Assembly (NCBI RefSeq): GCF_000002075.1
Contig: NW_004797511.1
Span: 881,549 to 945,548, forward strand
Direction: 5' to 3'
Length of the DNA stretch: 64,000 nucleotides
Origin: Aplysia californica
Taxonomy: Eukaryota
In this document: positions 25,201 to 37,200 of the stretch, one piece after another
Layout: each line of letters starts with the position of its first letter
How positions within the stretch are numbered: the stretch's first letter is position 1
Notes under the pieces: model-generated
Databases searched by the model: none
Told to the model about the DNA's origin: nothing
Seen by the model: the letters and a program-made list of their open reading frames with translations, nothing else
Made by a program: the position numbers and the translations under genes

Positions 25201-28200
25201 TGGGCAATCTTTTAGTTTTTACACAAGCTGGGTAGTGTTGAACAATATGTTTTCTAATTACCATTTTCCCAGTGATGAATCATAGATGACATCTGTCCTA
25301 ATTTACCAAAGGCCTGACATCGGAACTATCAGTAATAAGAGTCATTGTTTTGAGCATTGCTGATATGAAAGCCTTATGCATGCATACACCTTTTGTGGCT
25401 TTTTATTGTTGACTTTGCAAAGAAAGTGTATGTGGATTGGACAGCTAGTTTGAGACAAATCTGTCATTTTATTTCAGGCTGTGATTGCAAGCAATGGTTC
25501 TCTGGCTCCGAACTACGGGTACATACAGGATCTGAGAACAAAATCTGCGTGAGTTTGTTATATCTAGCAAAGTATTATCATTGTGATGTGTGAATTTCGC
25601 CCGCCACAAGGACCGTGGCAGGGGTTTACTTGAAAGTAAAATGGTGCTAAATGAGCTATGTGTTTTGAATAGTTTTGTTTTTGTTAAGATTCAACTCTGT
25701 ACCAGATAATAGTTAGTCATTTTAAAGGGCGTTTTTTAACATCAGCAGGAGGTGCTACCCCTAAAATTGTAGAATGGTGCAGGTGAACATCTACTCTCTG
25801 AAGCATATAGGTGACATTTGCTTTTGTGTATCTATTATTTATGTTTATTCCCTTTTTTCTACCTGTTACTATATTTTTAGCAGTGGGCCAAGTATTCGAC
25901 TTTTGAAATAACCTATTTGTGCCCTTTAAGGCACTAGTCTTCTAAAAGAACAAAACATACGCCCTTAGCATATCCTAGCTTTGTACAGAAAAGTGGAAAG
26001 ACATAGAATAATATCCAGAGGCTTGCTCAAGATAGGGAAAGGTGATAAGTGTTTGCCCGTGGCCTACACCCTGATGCAGAGTGCGAAAGGCAGGGATGAT
26101 AGTGATGATGTTCTATCTTGATATACGACATTCCAGGTCTGCACACAAGGCAGTGCTGACTTCTTCCTCGGAGCGTGTCCTGATACTTGGGGCTGGCTAT
26201 GTGTCGGGGCCGGTGGTGGAGTACCTTACGCGAGACCCCAAGACCTGCGTCACTGTTGGTGGGTTTAGTGTGGCTTGTAAAGCTGTGAAAGATTTTGTGT
26301 CAGGGGGTTTTGTAAAATGGCAGCCTCTGCTGATGCATGCCAGGAAAGTACAAATGTTTTGGAAAGTAGCTTAGATAGTAATAAATGGTATAGCTTGCTT
26401 TGAGTTGGGATGTGCACAATTTAAATGCAGTTGTTTATTGTTGTTATTATTTCTAGTGCACATCACATTATGGAGATGACTTTTTTTGCCCTTACTTTAA
26501 CATTGAACTGGGGGCTCTCGTGGCCTAGAGGTTAAGGTGTTGGCCTCTCATTCAAAGGTCCCGGGTTCGATTCCGGGTAGCGACCAAAAAATTTTCTTCT
26601 CTAAAATTGTCTCCTTTCACATCCTTTCCTGATCTCTAACAATGTTCTGTTGTCTGCTTTCATTTCCAATTTCTGCCCCACCCCCTCACCTCCTTTGCCC
26701 CCTCCTCTGGGCTCCTGACTCTTTCTGCAGCCTTTCTACTGCTACTCCTTGGCTCCTCCTAACTGCTGTCTTTCTGCCACACCCCTGATCTTCTGGTAGG
26801 AAAGATCTACACCTAGCCTTCTCGGACAAGGGCGAAAAATCTCGGAGGGCCCGTGTGCAAGTTGCGCACGTTAAAGATCCCTTGGTGGTCTAAAATCGAT
26901 AAGAGGAGGCTTCGGCCGCCACCCGGGCAAAATTCAAAATTTCCTACCAACGAAAAAGTATTAGGTGTGTCCCGCGCGCTCATATGACCTATGCAGTTGC
27001 GAGCGCCGTAAAACCCTATACTAAACAATAACACTGAACTGCTTTCTGGTTTGACATAATAATGTGTGCTCATCAATGGTTTTTGATTTAGTGTTCATCT
27101 TGATTTATGGATTAGTTGTCATTTTCACTGGGATAGTAAGGGCTGAAGATTTCACTTTTATTTTGAGTCTTCATCAGTCTTTTGTAGTTCATTGGTTGAC
27201 ATTTTATGCTTATATGATTACTTAAAAACCTATTGCTGTGTGTACACTTCTTAAAAAGAAAATTCGGTGTGCAGTGAGTTCTAAAAAGGATAAAATATTA
27301 AAAAGAGGGATGATCAATTTTCCTTAGAGTACCATGTACTGTTTACCAAAGTGAAGGGCCGTTACAAATTTACCAGAAAGGTTATCATTGTCCTGTTTCC
27401 CGTTTCAGCCTCCCATTTTCAGAAAGAGCTGGACGACACGACCCAACTGTGCCCTGAAGTCATTCCTCTGCTCATGGATCTGGAAACTGGGTACCAGGAC
27501 CTTGAGAAGCACCTCGGGGACCATGATCTGGTTATAAGGTGAGAGAGAGCTCTTGATTGGTGTTCTCAATGCTGCCCCTGGTGGGCTTCTCCCCTTTGTC
27601 GCAGTGCATGTAGTGTTTGTCACAAATCCATCACATTTGTCAAGCAGGTTTTGATGCACTCAAACCATTAAAATGATTGAAAAAATGTTCAACAGTCTCA
27701 TTTAAATGTTGGTGCAAGCTGCTGACTTTTTCCTCACTCATGTACCATATTATCGCCTCAGAACTATTTTGTCCAAAGTGTACTTGAGTAAAGAGTGCGC
27801 TTTGGACAAAAAGGTTCTGAGGTGATGATAATTTATGTCGATCTTGATACTTTACGAGACTTCAGTGACCTTAAGTTTGTGGTCTTGCTCTTTCCTCGTC
27901 AGTACTTTTCTTTTACAGTATTAATGAGCTTCCCACAGCTAAAACTAAAAATACACACTCAAACTGTCTGTCATGAAGGACTTAACACTGCTGGCCAAAG
28001 CGTGTTTTTGATCAGCTGTTAGATTCCATCAAACCCAAAAATTTTGAATTCTAAAAAAATTTCAGTTTTTTAATGTGGTATCGGTTGCATGTGCTCAATG
28101 AATATTTTGTCTAAATTAAATTCTTAATAAAAAAAAAAATAGAATAAAATGCATAATGTACAGTTTTTTCTCTCTCCTGGGAAATTTTGTTTTTATGGGC

Positions 28201-31200
28201 TTTGTACATTTTAATAGCATACCGACAATGTAGGGGGGCTTTCGTGGCCTAGAGGTTAAGGTGTTCGCCTCTCATTCAATAGGTCCCAGGTTTGAATCCG
28301 GATAGAAGGAAAATTTTCTTCTAAAAAATTTTCTCCTTTCATATCCTTTCCTGCTCTCTAACAATGATCTGTCTTCTGCTTTCATCTACACTTTCTGCCC
28401 CCATCCCCTCACCTCCTTTTCCCCCTACTCTTGGCTCCTGACTCTTTCTGCAGCCTTTCTACTGCTTCTCCTTGGCTCCTTCTTACTGCTGTCTTTCAAC
28501 CCCAACCCTGATCTTCTGGTAGGCAAGATCTACACCTAGTATTCTCGGACAAGGGCGAAAAATCTCAGAGGTCCCGTGTGCAAGTTAGGCACGTTAAAGA
28601 TCCCAGGGTGGTTCAAAATCGATAAGAGTATGTTTTGGCCACCACCCGGGCACAATTAAAAATTTCCCACCAACTAAAAATGTTTGATGTGTCTGGCGCG
28701 CTCATATGACCTTATGCAGTTGTAAGCGCTGTAAAACACTTTAAAAAAAAATAAACAGCAATGTTCTTGTTTTACCATTTCGCTCTCTGAACGCAAGCTT
28801 CAGCGTGATTTGGTGTAAAGCAAAGAGTTCTCTTCAGCAGCTCAAGTTCTGGGGCTCTGTAGGCTTTAGAGGCCAGGGCTCAAAAGTTTATGTCCATTAC
28901 AGATAATGGTATAGTTCACTCTTTAATCAGACTTTCAATTTAGTTATGTTTCTTGTACAAGACTTTTCTGTATTTCGTTTACCCCTTGTTTTGCAAAGCT
29001 GTTTTCAGTCTCGTGTTTGTTAAAGTTAAGGTAAAAAATATTGAGCTGAGCGTAACGTTGAGTTTTAATGGTTTCATATTTGCATTACTTTTCACAGCCT
29101 GCTGCCGTATGCTTTCCACACGGAGGTGGCCAAATTGTGTATCAAGCACCGGAAGAACATGGTGACCGCCAGCTACATTAGCCCAGACATGAAACAGCTG
29201 CACTCTGAGTAAGTAGGAGATGAATTAACAACTTTTCTTTTGATTTTTGTAGGTTTGTTTTTTTTGTAAAGGGACACTCTGTCCTTGTACTTTCAAACAA
29301 GGCTACCAAGTAAAGGAGATAATGAGCACTAGATCTAGTACTAATTTGAATTTTCTGCCATTATGGGCCATATTTTGTTGAATGGAAAGTCTTTTCATCC
29401 TGCAATCCGTCTGTTTTTCCATCCCTCTTTCCAACCAGTATTGATGAGCTTTTATTATTTATATCGGTCCATTTCTTTATCCTAATTTCTTTTTAGCATT
29501 TATTCATTCTGCCTATATTTCCATCGTCTATTAAAATGTGCATCCATCCTACTGTCCATTTATTTGTCCTCAAATCTATTTATCCATCCATATACCCTTC
29601 CATTTGTTGTTGTTCCATTACTTGATAATAATAATAACAATGAAGATATTTCTATAGCGCCCACTCCCGTGTAAACACAGCTCTAGGCGCTTTACATAAA
29701 TGCATGTAAGAAATATATTCATGCACGCGACACACACACACACACTCACACACACACACTCATATACACACAAACACACACACATAGACATATACACACA
29801 CACAAACACACGCATACACACTCACGAACACATAACNNNNNNNNNNNNNNNNNNNNNNNNNNNNNNNNNNNNNNNNNNNNNNNNNNNNNNNNNNNNNNNN
29901 NNNNNNNNNNNNNNNNNNNNNNNNNNNNNNNNNNNNNNNNNNNNNNNNNNNNNNNNNNNNNNNNNCACGATTACACATCATCACGAAATGAGAATAAAAT
30001 AATATATACACTGCAATTCACAAAATACATAAATGGATACATAGACATTTACATAACATTGTATTGAACATGAATCTACTGATCTACTTGATCTATCTGT
30101 CTGTCTTGGTTGTTGTGAATGATAGAAAACCATGACTAGTACTTACAGAGAAAAGGATGGGATAATCTGTGCCTTTTGATTTTTTTCCTCAGGTTTAATG
30201 TCCTCATGAATTCCTTTCCAAGTAGGGCCATTGTTTTACCGACTTTCCATAAAATACAAGCGAATGCAGCTTTTCATTATTTTGACTTATCTGATGCTGG
30301 ATCTTCAAGACCAAGTGGAGTTTGTCGCTTGTGGAGTATTTCCTCTTGACCCTGTTCATGAACACAGTGCTTCAGATTTCCAACAAGCTTCTTTTATTTA
30401 AATCTATCTGATGAAATATCTTATTCTGTGTCTTGTAGTATTTCATGCTGAAAAGAAAATGAACAGCGTCTTTTTTCTTCTCCCTTTGAATACAGAGCTG
30501 TGGCAGCTGGCATCACCATTATGAATGAGGTGGGCGTTGATCCAGGCATTGATCATATGCTGGCCATGGAGTGTTTTGACGAGGTGAAGAGAGCTGGTGG
30601 CAAGGTGAGTGAATAACATGGTTTTTGCAGCTTCTTCAAAATGAGATATAACTCACTTTTTCTTAAAATGGTAGAATCTACTTAAACACAGTTAATCAGA
30701 AAACTATGGTAAACTTCAGAGCCCCTTGAATGAAATTAAGGTCTTTTGGAAAGAGCGGTTTCTCATATTTTTACCCTTAACTTTGGAATTTCTTGCCCTC
30801 CTCAGTGAAACAACAAATCCTAATATGTATGCAGTTGCTCAAGGTGTATTTGTTTAAGTCATCAAAGTGTTAGTTTTAGTGTGTTAGTAAGTGCTGACAT
30901 GTCTTGTTTTCACTGCTGTTCCTACGTGTATATAATTAATGTATGGTTGAGAAAGTTCTTCCTTATGTGCTTGAACTGGATTTCATGTTAAAGGGAAATG
31001 TTTTTGACTTGTGTGGATGAAATATTACACTCAGTGATCATGTCATGGATGTAAAGCAGTCAGAGCTTAAACTTGTATGAAAGCATTACTATTATTAATA
31101 TTTTTTTCAGAACTACATCAGAATCTGTGATTTTTTTTCTCCTCTGTTTGAGCAATCTCTAACTGAAAATACTGCTAAACCGAAGAAAATCCAGCAGTCC

Positions 31201-34200
31201 TGCAGATTTCGGTCAAAGCTGACTCCACTGTAGGTCTGTTTTCCTTCTTAATCAAAGTGTTCCTTGCCTCACAGGCAACCTTGTGCTCTTTTCAATTTCT
31301 TTTATTTATCTATCCTCTGTAACAAACAGGTCACCTCCTTTGTGTCGTACTGTGGAGGATTACCCGCCCCTGAACACTCTGACTCACCCCTGCTCTATAA
31401 GTTCAGGTGAGGTGAACTGGGTAGATGTTGTGGAGGACCTAACAGAATATGTGCCACTTGAATGTTCCTTCTTGAAACTTTTGATCTAATATGAATACAA
31501 CTTTAAGTGAAATATCAGTGGTATCTTCCTAAACTTTTTTGTTATCTGATGCTCTTTTGAGATTATAATTTAAATGTATGTCTTGCCTGAGATTGTGCCA
31601 AATTGGCCTTGATGGTAGCGGCTATATTCATCTTTATTTACCGAAGGACAATGTTGTCTAATGTATAGCCTTATTGGTAATATTTAAGTACACAGTTACA
31701 CGTAAATTTTATACACACTTGCATTTGTGAACTGTTTGACTCTGACAAGAAAGGTTAAGAAAAACAAATTACTGCCTTGGATGTAGCAGTTTTTATTCCT
31801 CTAAAACGCTGAGGGGAACTGAGTGTAGTAAAGAAGTAAGCCCTCCTACCCCCACCCCCCCCAAACCGACTTATTTACTTTTGCCATGTTTTTCTTCATG
31901 ATTATTTATGTAGGGTGCTCGGTTAGCTCAGTTGATATCATGCTTCTAGACTACGGAGCAGATGACTGGTTTGAATCTTGGACTGTGCATTCTTAAAATG
32001 AAGTCGAATTGTGGATTTTTCAAGGCTCTCAACCCATAAGGCTCAGTTCTATCAGAGGCAGACGTTAATTTTGGAGGTCCCGCCTCTTAAATAACCTAAT
32101 AATGTTGATAGAAGTTTAGTGTTAGACCCATACTCTTTTACTAAGATGATGTTTTGGCAACCAATGACCTCTCGTTCCATCCACAGCTGGTACCCTAAGG
32201 GTGTGCTGCTGAACTGTATGGCTGGGGCCAGGTACTTGCAAGGCGGACAGGTAAACGGGGAATCACTTCCCACTTTGTCTTTTTTTTTTTTTTTTGGTCC
32301 CAGGTTGTTTTTTGTTATTTTTGATAAATATTTTTTTCTCTCATTTTCTTTTTTTCTCACTCTTGCGTTTCTTTCATTTGTTTCCTTCCGCCATTTATAT
32401 TCCTTTTTTTCCCCTGAGTTTTAGTCCCTGCTCTCTCTCTGTCTCTCTCTGTGGGTGGTTGGCGGGTGCTCTGGTGTGGTTTGCTCCTTCTTTCCTATCA
32501 AACATCTGTCGTCCTTATCTCCCCTCCTTCTTTTTTGTGTATGTTACTCTCTTGTAACACATCTATTCTTCGGCACTGATATGACCTTATTGTGTTGCAA
32601 GTGCCGTAAAACTAGAACTAACTGTCTCTCTCTCACTCTTTTTCTCTCTTTCTTTCTTTCTCTCTCACTCCCTCTCTCCCTACATTTTTTATTTCCTTCT
32701 CTACCTCCAGGACCCCTTATCATGTTCTGATCTTTGTTTCTCCTTGTAGCCAAGACATGTTGTGCTTGTTTTGGTCTTCTTACTAGTATGGTTCTGATGA
32801 GATGATTCTGGAGCTGTCAAAAAGTGAAATGAGAACATTTTGCTCAGAGGTTCCATCGTTGTCCATTAAACCTTGCAGATGGAAAGTTTTTGACTGAGTT
32901 CCCGTAATGATACAAGGTACAGTCGAACCTAACCTGCTCTAAGGGCCACCTTTATAAGTCGGACTCCCCCTCTCTCTCTCCCTCTCTCCCTCCTAACCAT
33001 TAGGCACTGAGAATTTAAGAATTATGTACTTTTCCTATGGATCGACGATTCAGATTTACCTTTTTTTAAAATATCAAATTCAAGGCTTTACCACCTGTCT
33101 AGCATACAATAGGCTCCTGTCTATAGCAAAATGTTGTTTCCAGGTGGTGGATGTTCCCAGCGAGGGTGGACTCCTGGACTCTGTGCGAGATCTCAATTTC
33201 TTGCCGGGCTTCAACCTGGAAGGCTTCCCAAACCGAGACTCCACGATATACGCCAAAGAGTACGGGATTGAATCGGCACACACCATTCTGAGAGGCACCA
33301 TCAGATACAAGGTCAGTTTTGCTGATTATGCAGAAGAACAGGATAGCAAATGAGAGTAGGAAGCTCTTTGACTGTAAAAAGGGATTATAGATTATTTCGT
33401 TTTACGTAGCAGCGCAATAAGAAGTTCTCCTTCCATTTGTCTCCTGCACTTATTTTGAACGGAGCTATTACATGATCACTGATCTTTGGCAAGGAACAAA
33501 TAAAATTCTCATACTTTAAGATGTTCCTACTGTCTGTTATGTTCATACTATGTATTAGATAAAATCATACATGAGATGAGGCTCTTTTGATTCAGAAATT
33601 AACAAATGATTCTGTTTATTAGTAAATCACGTAAAATTCATAACTGTAGAAAATAGTCTTCATTGGTTTCAGAAAGTACTGTTTTCATTGTGATTATTTT
33701 TGTGGCATCTTAGAGTAGTTCTTTTACACGGATCTATTAGGAGTACTGGACCAGTCTGACCCCCAAAGCATGAAAAAAGTGTCCAGTACTTACCAGAAAG
33801 TGAAGAAAGCATTATGATTGACTGCTTGAAAATTTAAATTGCTGTAACATTTTCTGGTCAATCTTTTAACTTTTTTTATCCGGGCTACGAGTATACTCGT
33901 AACGAGGACCAGTCCGGGCTACAAGTATACTCAGAACAGCGATATGGTCACGTCAAAGAAGCTAGTTCTGCTTGTAATTACCAAAATACGCAAATACGGC
34001 GATGCTAGCTTTGTCTGAATATTTAAATTTTCCAATGAACAGTTGTTTCTTTGATTTTGATGGGTGTAGAAGCTTGAATGATGTCTAGAAAACGCACGTT
34101 CACGACCGACGAAGTACATGTACTTCTTGAAGTGACACTGGGTTGTGAGGGGGAATGAGACTAATTTTATGAAAGTGACTCTGAATCAAGTGTCGTAAAT

Positions 34201-37200
34201 TCCGTTGTGGATGATAACAAACAGGACTTAAACTCATCTAATAGCGATTCAGATCATGGTGAAGATGTTGGTACTGGAATTCATGCGGTATTGATGGGTA
34301 GGGCTAGATTTATAAAATCCAATGGGGCGTCGTGTGTGCGGCAATCAGGGTCAAGTTGGAGGGTGGAATACACCTCAAAATCTACATTCTGCAATTGGTG
34401 TAATTCCTAACCACATACATTTATAAAAACTACATTCAATTGCTAACATAATTACCAAATTTCCTTAAAACCTAAGAGTAAACAGAAGAAATAGAACACT
34501 TTGTAATATACACCCTGAATTCCAACTCATATGGCGCGGCAACCCCAGGACGGGGACAGAGTCTGCGGGGGTACGGCAAGGATAAAAAGAGTTAAGAGTG
34601 GCTCAAATATTATTACAAGCACATGTAGTTTTCAATGTGCAGTAGAAAGAGGAAACAGCTCTTTATAAAATGTCTTTTAAAGGAATGTAAATACCTGCAC
34701 TTTGAGTTTTTCAGAAAAAGAAATGGTGAAAAGTCTTGAAATTTTAAAGAAATATTTATCAGTTTATTTTAACCTTTGGGGTTGGCTGTGTGGACCTGTA
34801 TACAGGTTCTATTTTTTCAGCTTTTACCAGTCATCTTTACTTGCTGTCTTTTTCCCAGCTGTTTGTCCTTGATGGTAGGCACAAAATGCTCCAATACGAT
34901 TAGAGACTGCATGAATAGTTCTTTGGAATTTCTACACATCGAGCAATCAGGAGTACTTGTATATGTATCTGAGAAACAAAAAAGGATGTTCGTTAGCTCA
35001 TTCTTACCTTGCTGAAACTGACTGAAGTAAAATAACAAACCAGTTGGGTTTTTTTTTCTCTCCTAATCTTGCAAAATAATCTTTATCAATGTGAGTCACT
35101 CTGCTACTGATACCATATATCTGACAGTTGGCGTGCCTATTTGCATCTCTTTTTCTTACTGTGACACACTCATTCAGGGTTTCACTGAAGCTGCCAAGAG
35201 CCTGATCTCCCTAGGACTGTTTGACACGACACCAGACAGTCAGCTGCACCCAAATGGACCTGATATTACATGGGTATGTTGCTGAAGTCAGTTTCATTCT
35301 GTTTGGGCTGCTTGATACGTTGTGGGTAGTTGGGAGTGCTTTGAGAGGATCAACAATTTGTAGTTCTTTCTTGTTATTACTGTACCGTAGTTGTTTTCTT
35401 GTCCAATTTTGTCCTTTTCAAGATGAATTATTGTAAACGGTATGTTGGTAGTTTGATAGTGCTGTAATGAAAATATAAAGTCGGTACACTTCTCTGCTCT
35501 TTTCTATTTGAATTTTCATTGTTCTGTGTAATTTTAGCACAATGTGTATTGTCTGTTTTGCAGAAAGCCTACATTTGCGGCAAGTTTGGCAAATCTGAGG
35601 ACATTCTGCAAGACTCGCTTGTAGATTTGGTGTTTGACCAGGTAGAGAGGGACCCTTTCAAGCTGAGCTGTGTGGTCAAGTAAGTGCTCTAAGATTTCCG
35701 ACTTCATGTTTCATGACTTTTGATATCACAGTGTGTCAATAAAACGATGTTGAAAGTTCAGGCACTTTGCAATGCAACTTTGAGGAGTCAGCTTTGCAGT
35801 GCTGCTTGTGTCTGAGGACACACCACTAATTCTTCTCTCTAAGTCATTGTAATGCTGAAAAATTACGGTATGTGGTGTACATTGTGTAGTGTGACTATTC
35901 TTAAACCTTAGTCCTGTAGTCAAGTTTTATACATAGATTGTAAAATGCATAGTTTGCTTTTGAATGAAAATTTGGACAATACAATGCTGTTTACTGTTTG
36001 TCAGTGGCTTGTGGCCAAGTGGTCAAATAGTCAGTCTCATGTTTTTATAGCCACTTTGTCATTTTAGTCGGTTGATGGCTTGGTTACTTGTTTTGTCTCT
36101 CATGCTTTAAAAATCTCCTTACATCAGCTTCCATTTTGACTTGAAAGCTCAGTGGCTTTTGTCAGGATGTTAATACTTTGATAGTTGCTCAATTTTTCAA
36201 ACTACTGGAGATAGAAAAAAACGTTCCAGAATTAATATTCTTTGAATGACAGTTATCACCGACTATATGTAAGATGTTACTTTTTATTGTTTTAGGATGG
36301 GTTTTTTTTTTTGGTAGTGGATTCTAAAAAAAAACCCTGAAAAAAACTGTTCTTTTCAAATTTGAGAACACAAGACCAGTTCGTGCTGGAAATTCTTCTC
36401 GAAATCTCTTTGGAACGACATATTACTTTGTACATACTAATTTTTAAGTTCCTTTTAAAAACTTTTCTTGGTATAGTTGTTACCAAGTCCTGTGTTTATT
36501 GCAAGTAATGACAGACACATTTGGTTTTTTCTTTTTTGATATCAGCTCACAGTCAGTAAGATAATCCAGGAAAGCACCATACATCAGCACTCATATGATG
36601 TAGTTGTGGTGCAAGTGCTGTGAAACTCTTATTAAAGTTACCTTCATGTTTTCTTGCTTTGATATGACGTTTCAGTGCCGCATTTTTTACCCTTTTTCAG
36701 CCTTGGTCTCCTAGAGGATGACTTGATTGACAAACGTTCCACGCCCATTGACACACTCTCTAACTATCTTGCAAAACGTCTGGCTTATGGTAAGTAGGTC
36801 TGTCAGTAGTTCTGCTGTGCTGTAAATCTACTTTACTTTTCTGGAGGGATTATGTTTTTCTGCTCTCTTTTACTTCTCTTTACAATAAGTTCTTGGCCCA
36901 AATGCAAATAAGTAATGGAAAATTAAAATTTTTTTGGTGTGGTTTAGCTTTTTGAAAAGAAAAAAAATTTCTGTCACCGTGCATCGGTTTTTGTGAAATC
37001 GTAGGAAAAAACAACATATTATATCTATCTATAGACAATGATACTGTTGAAACTGCTTTCCAGTTCGTTCCAATTAACCATTTTAGTTACCCTCCCTCTG
37101 TACATACAGGTCCAGTAGCTTGTTAAGATCTTTCCACACTCATTCACATATTACATCTCCATGATCGTTTTTCTGTCCAGCCCCCCATGAGCGCGACATG

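Noticed and set aside
26511-26586. tRNA-like sequence with A/B boxes (also at 28233 and 31913)
   Set aside because: It continues into a SINE body with a tail and TSD and has no clean cloverleaf; it is a SINE head, not a tRNA gene.
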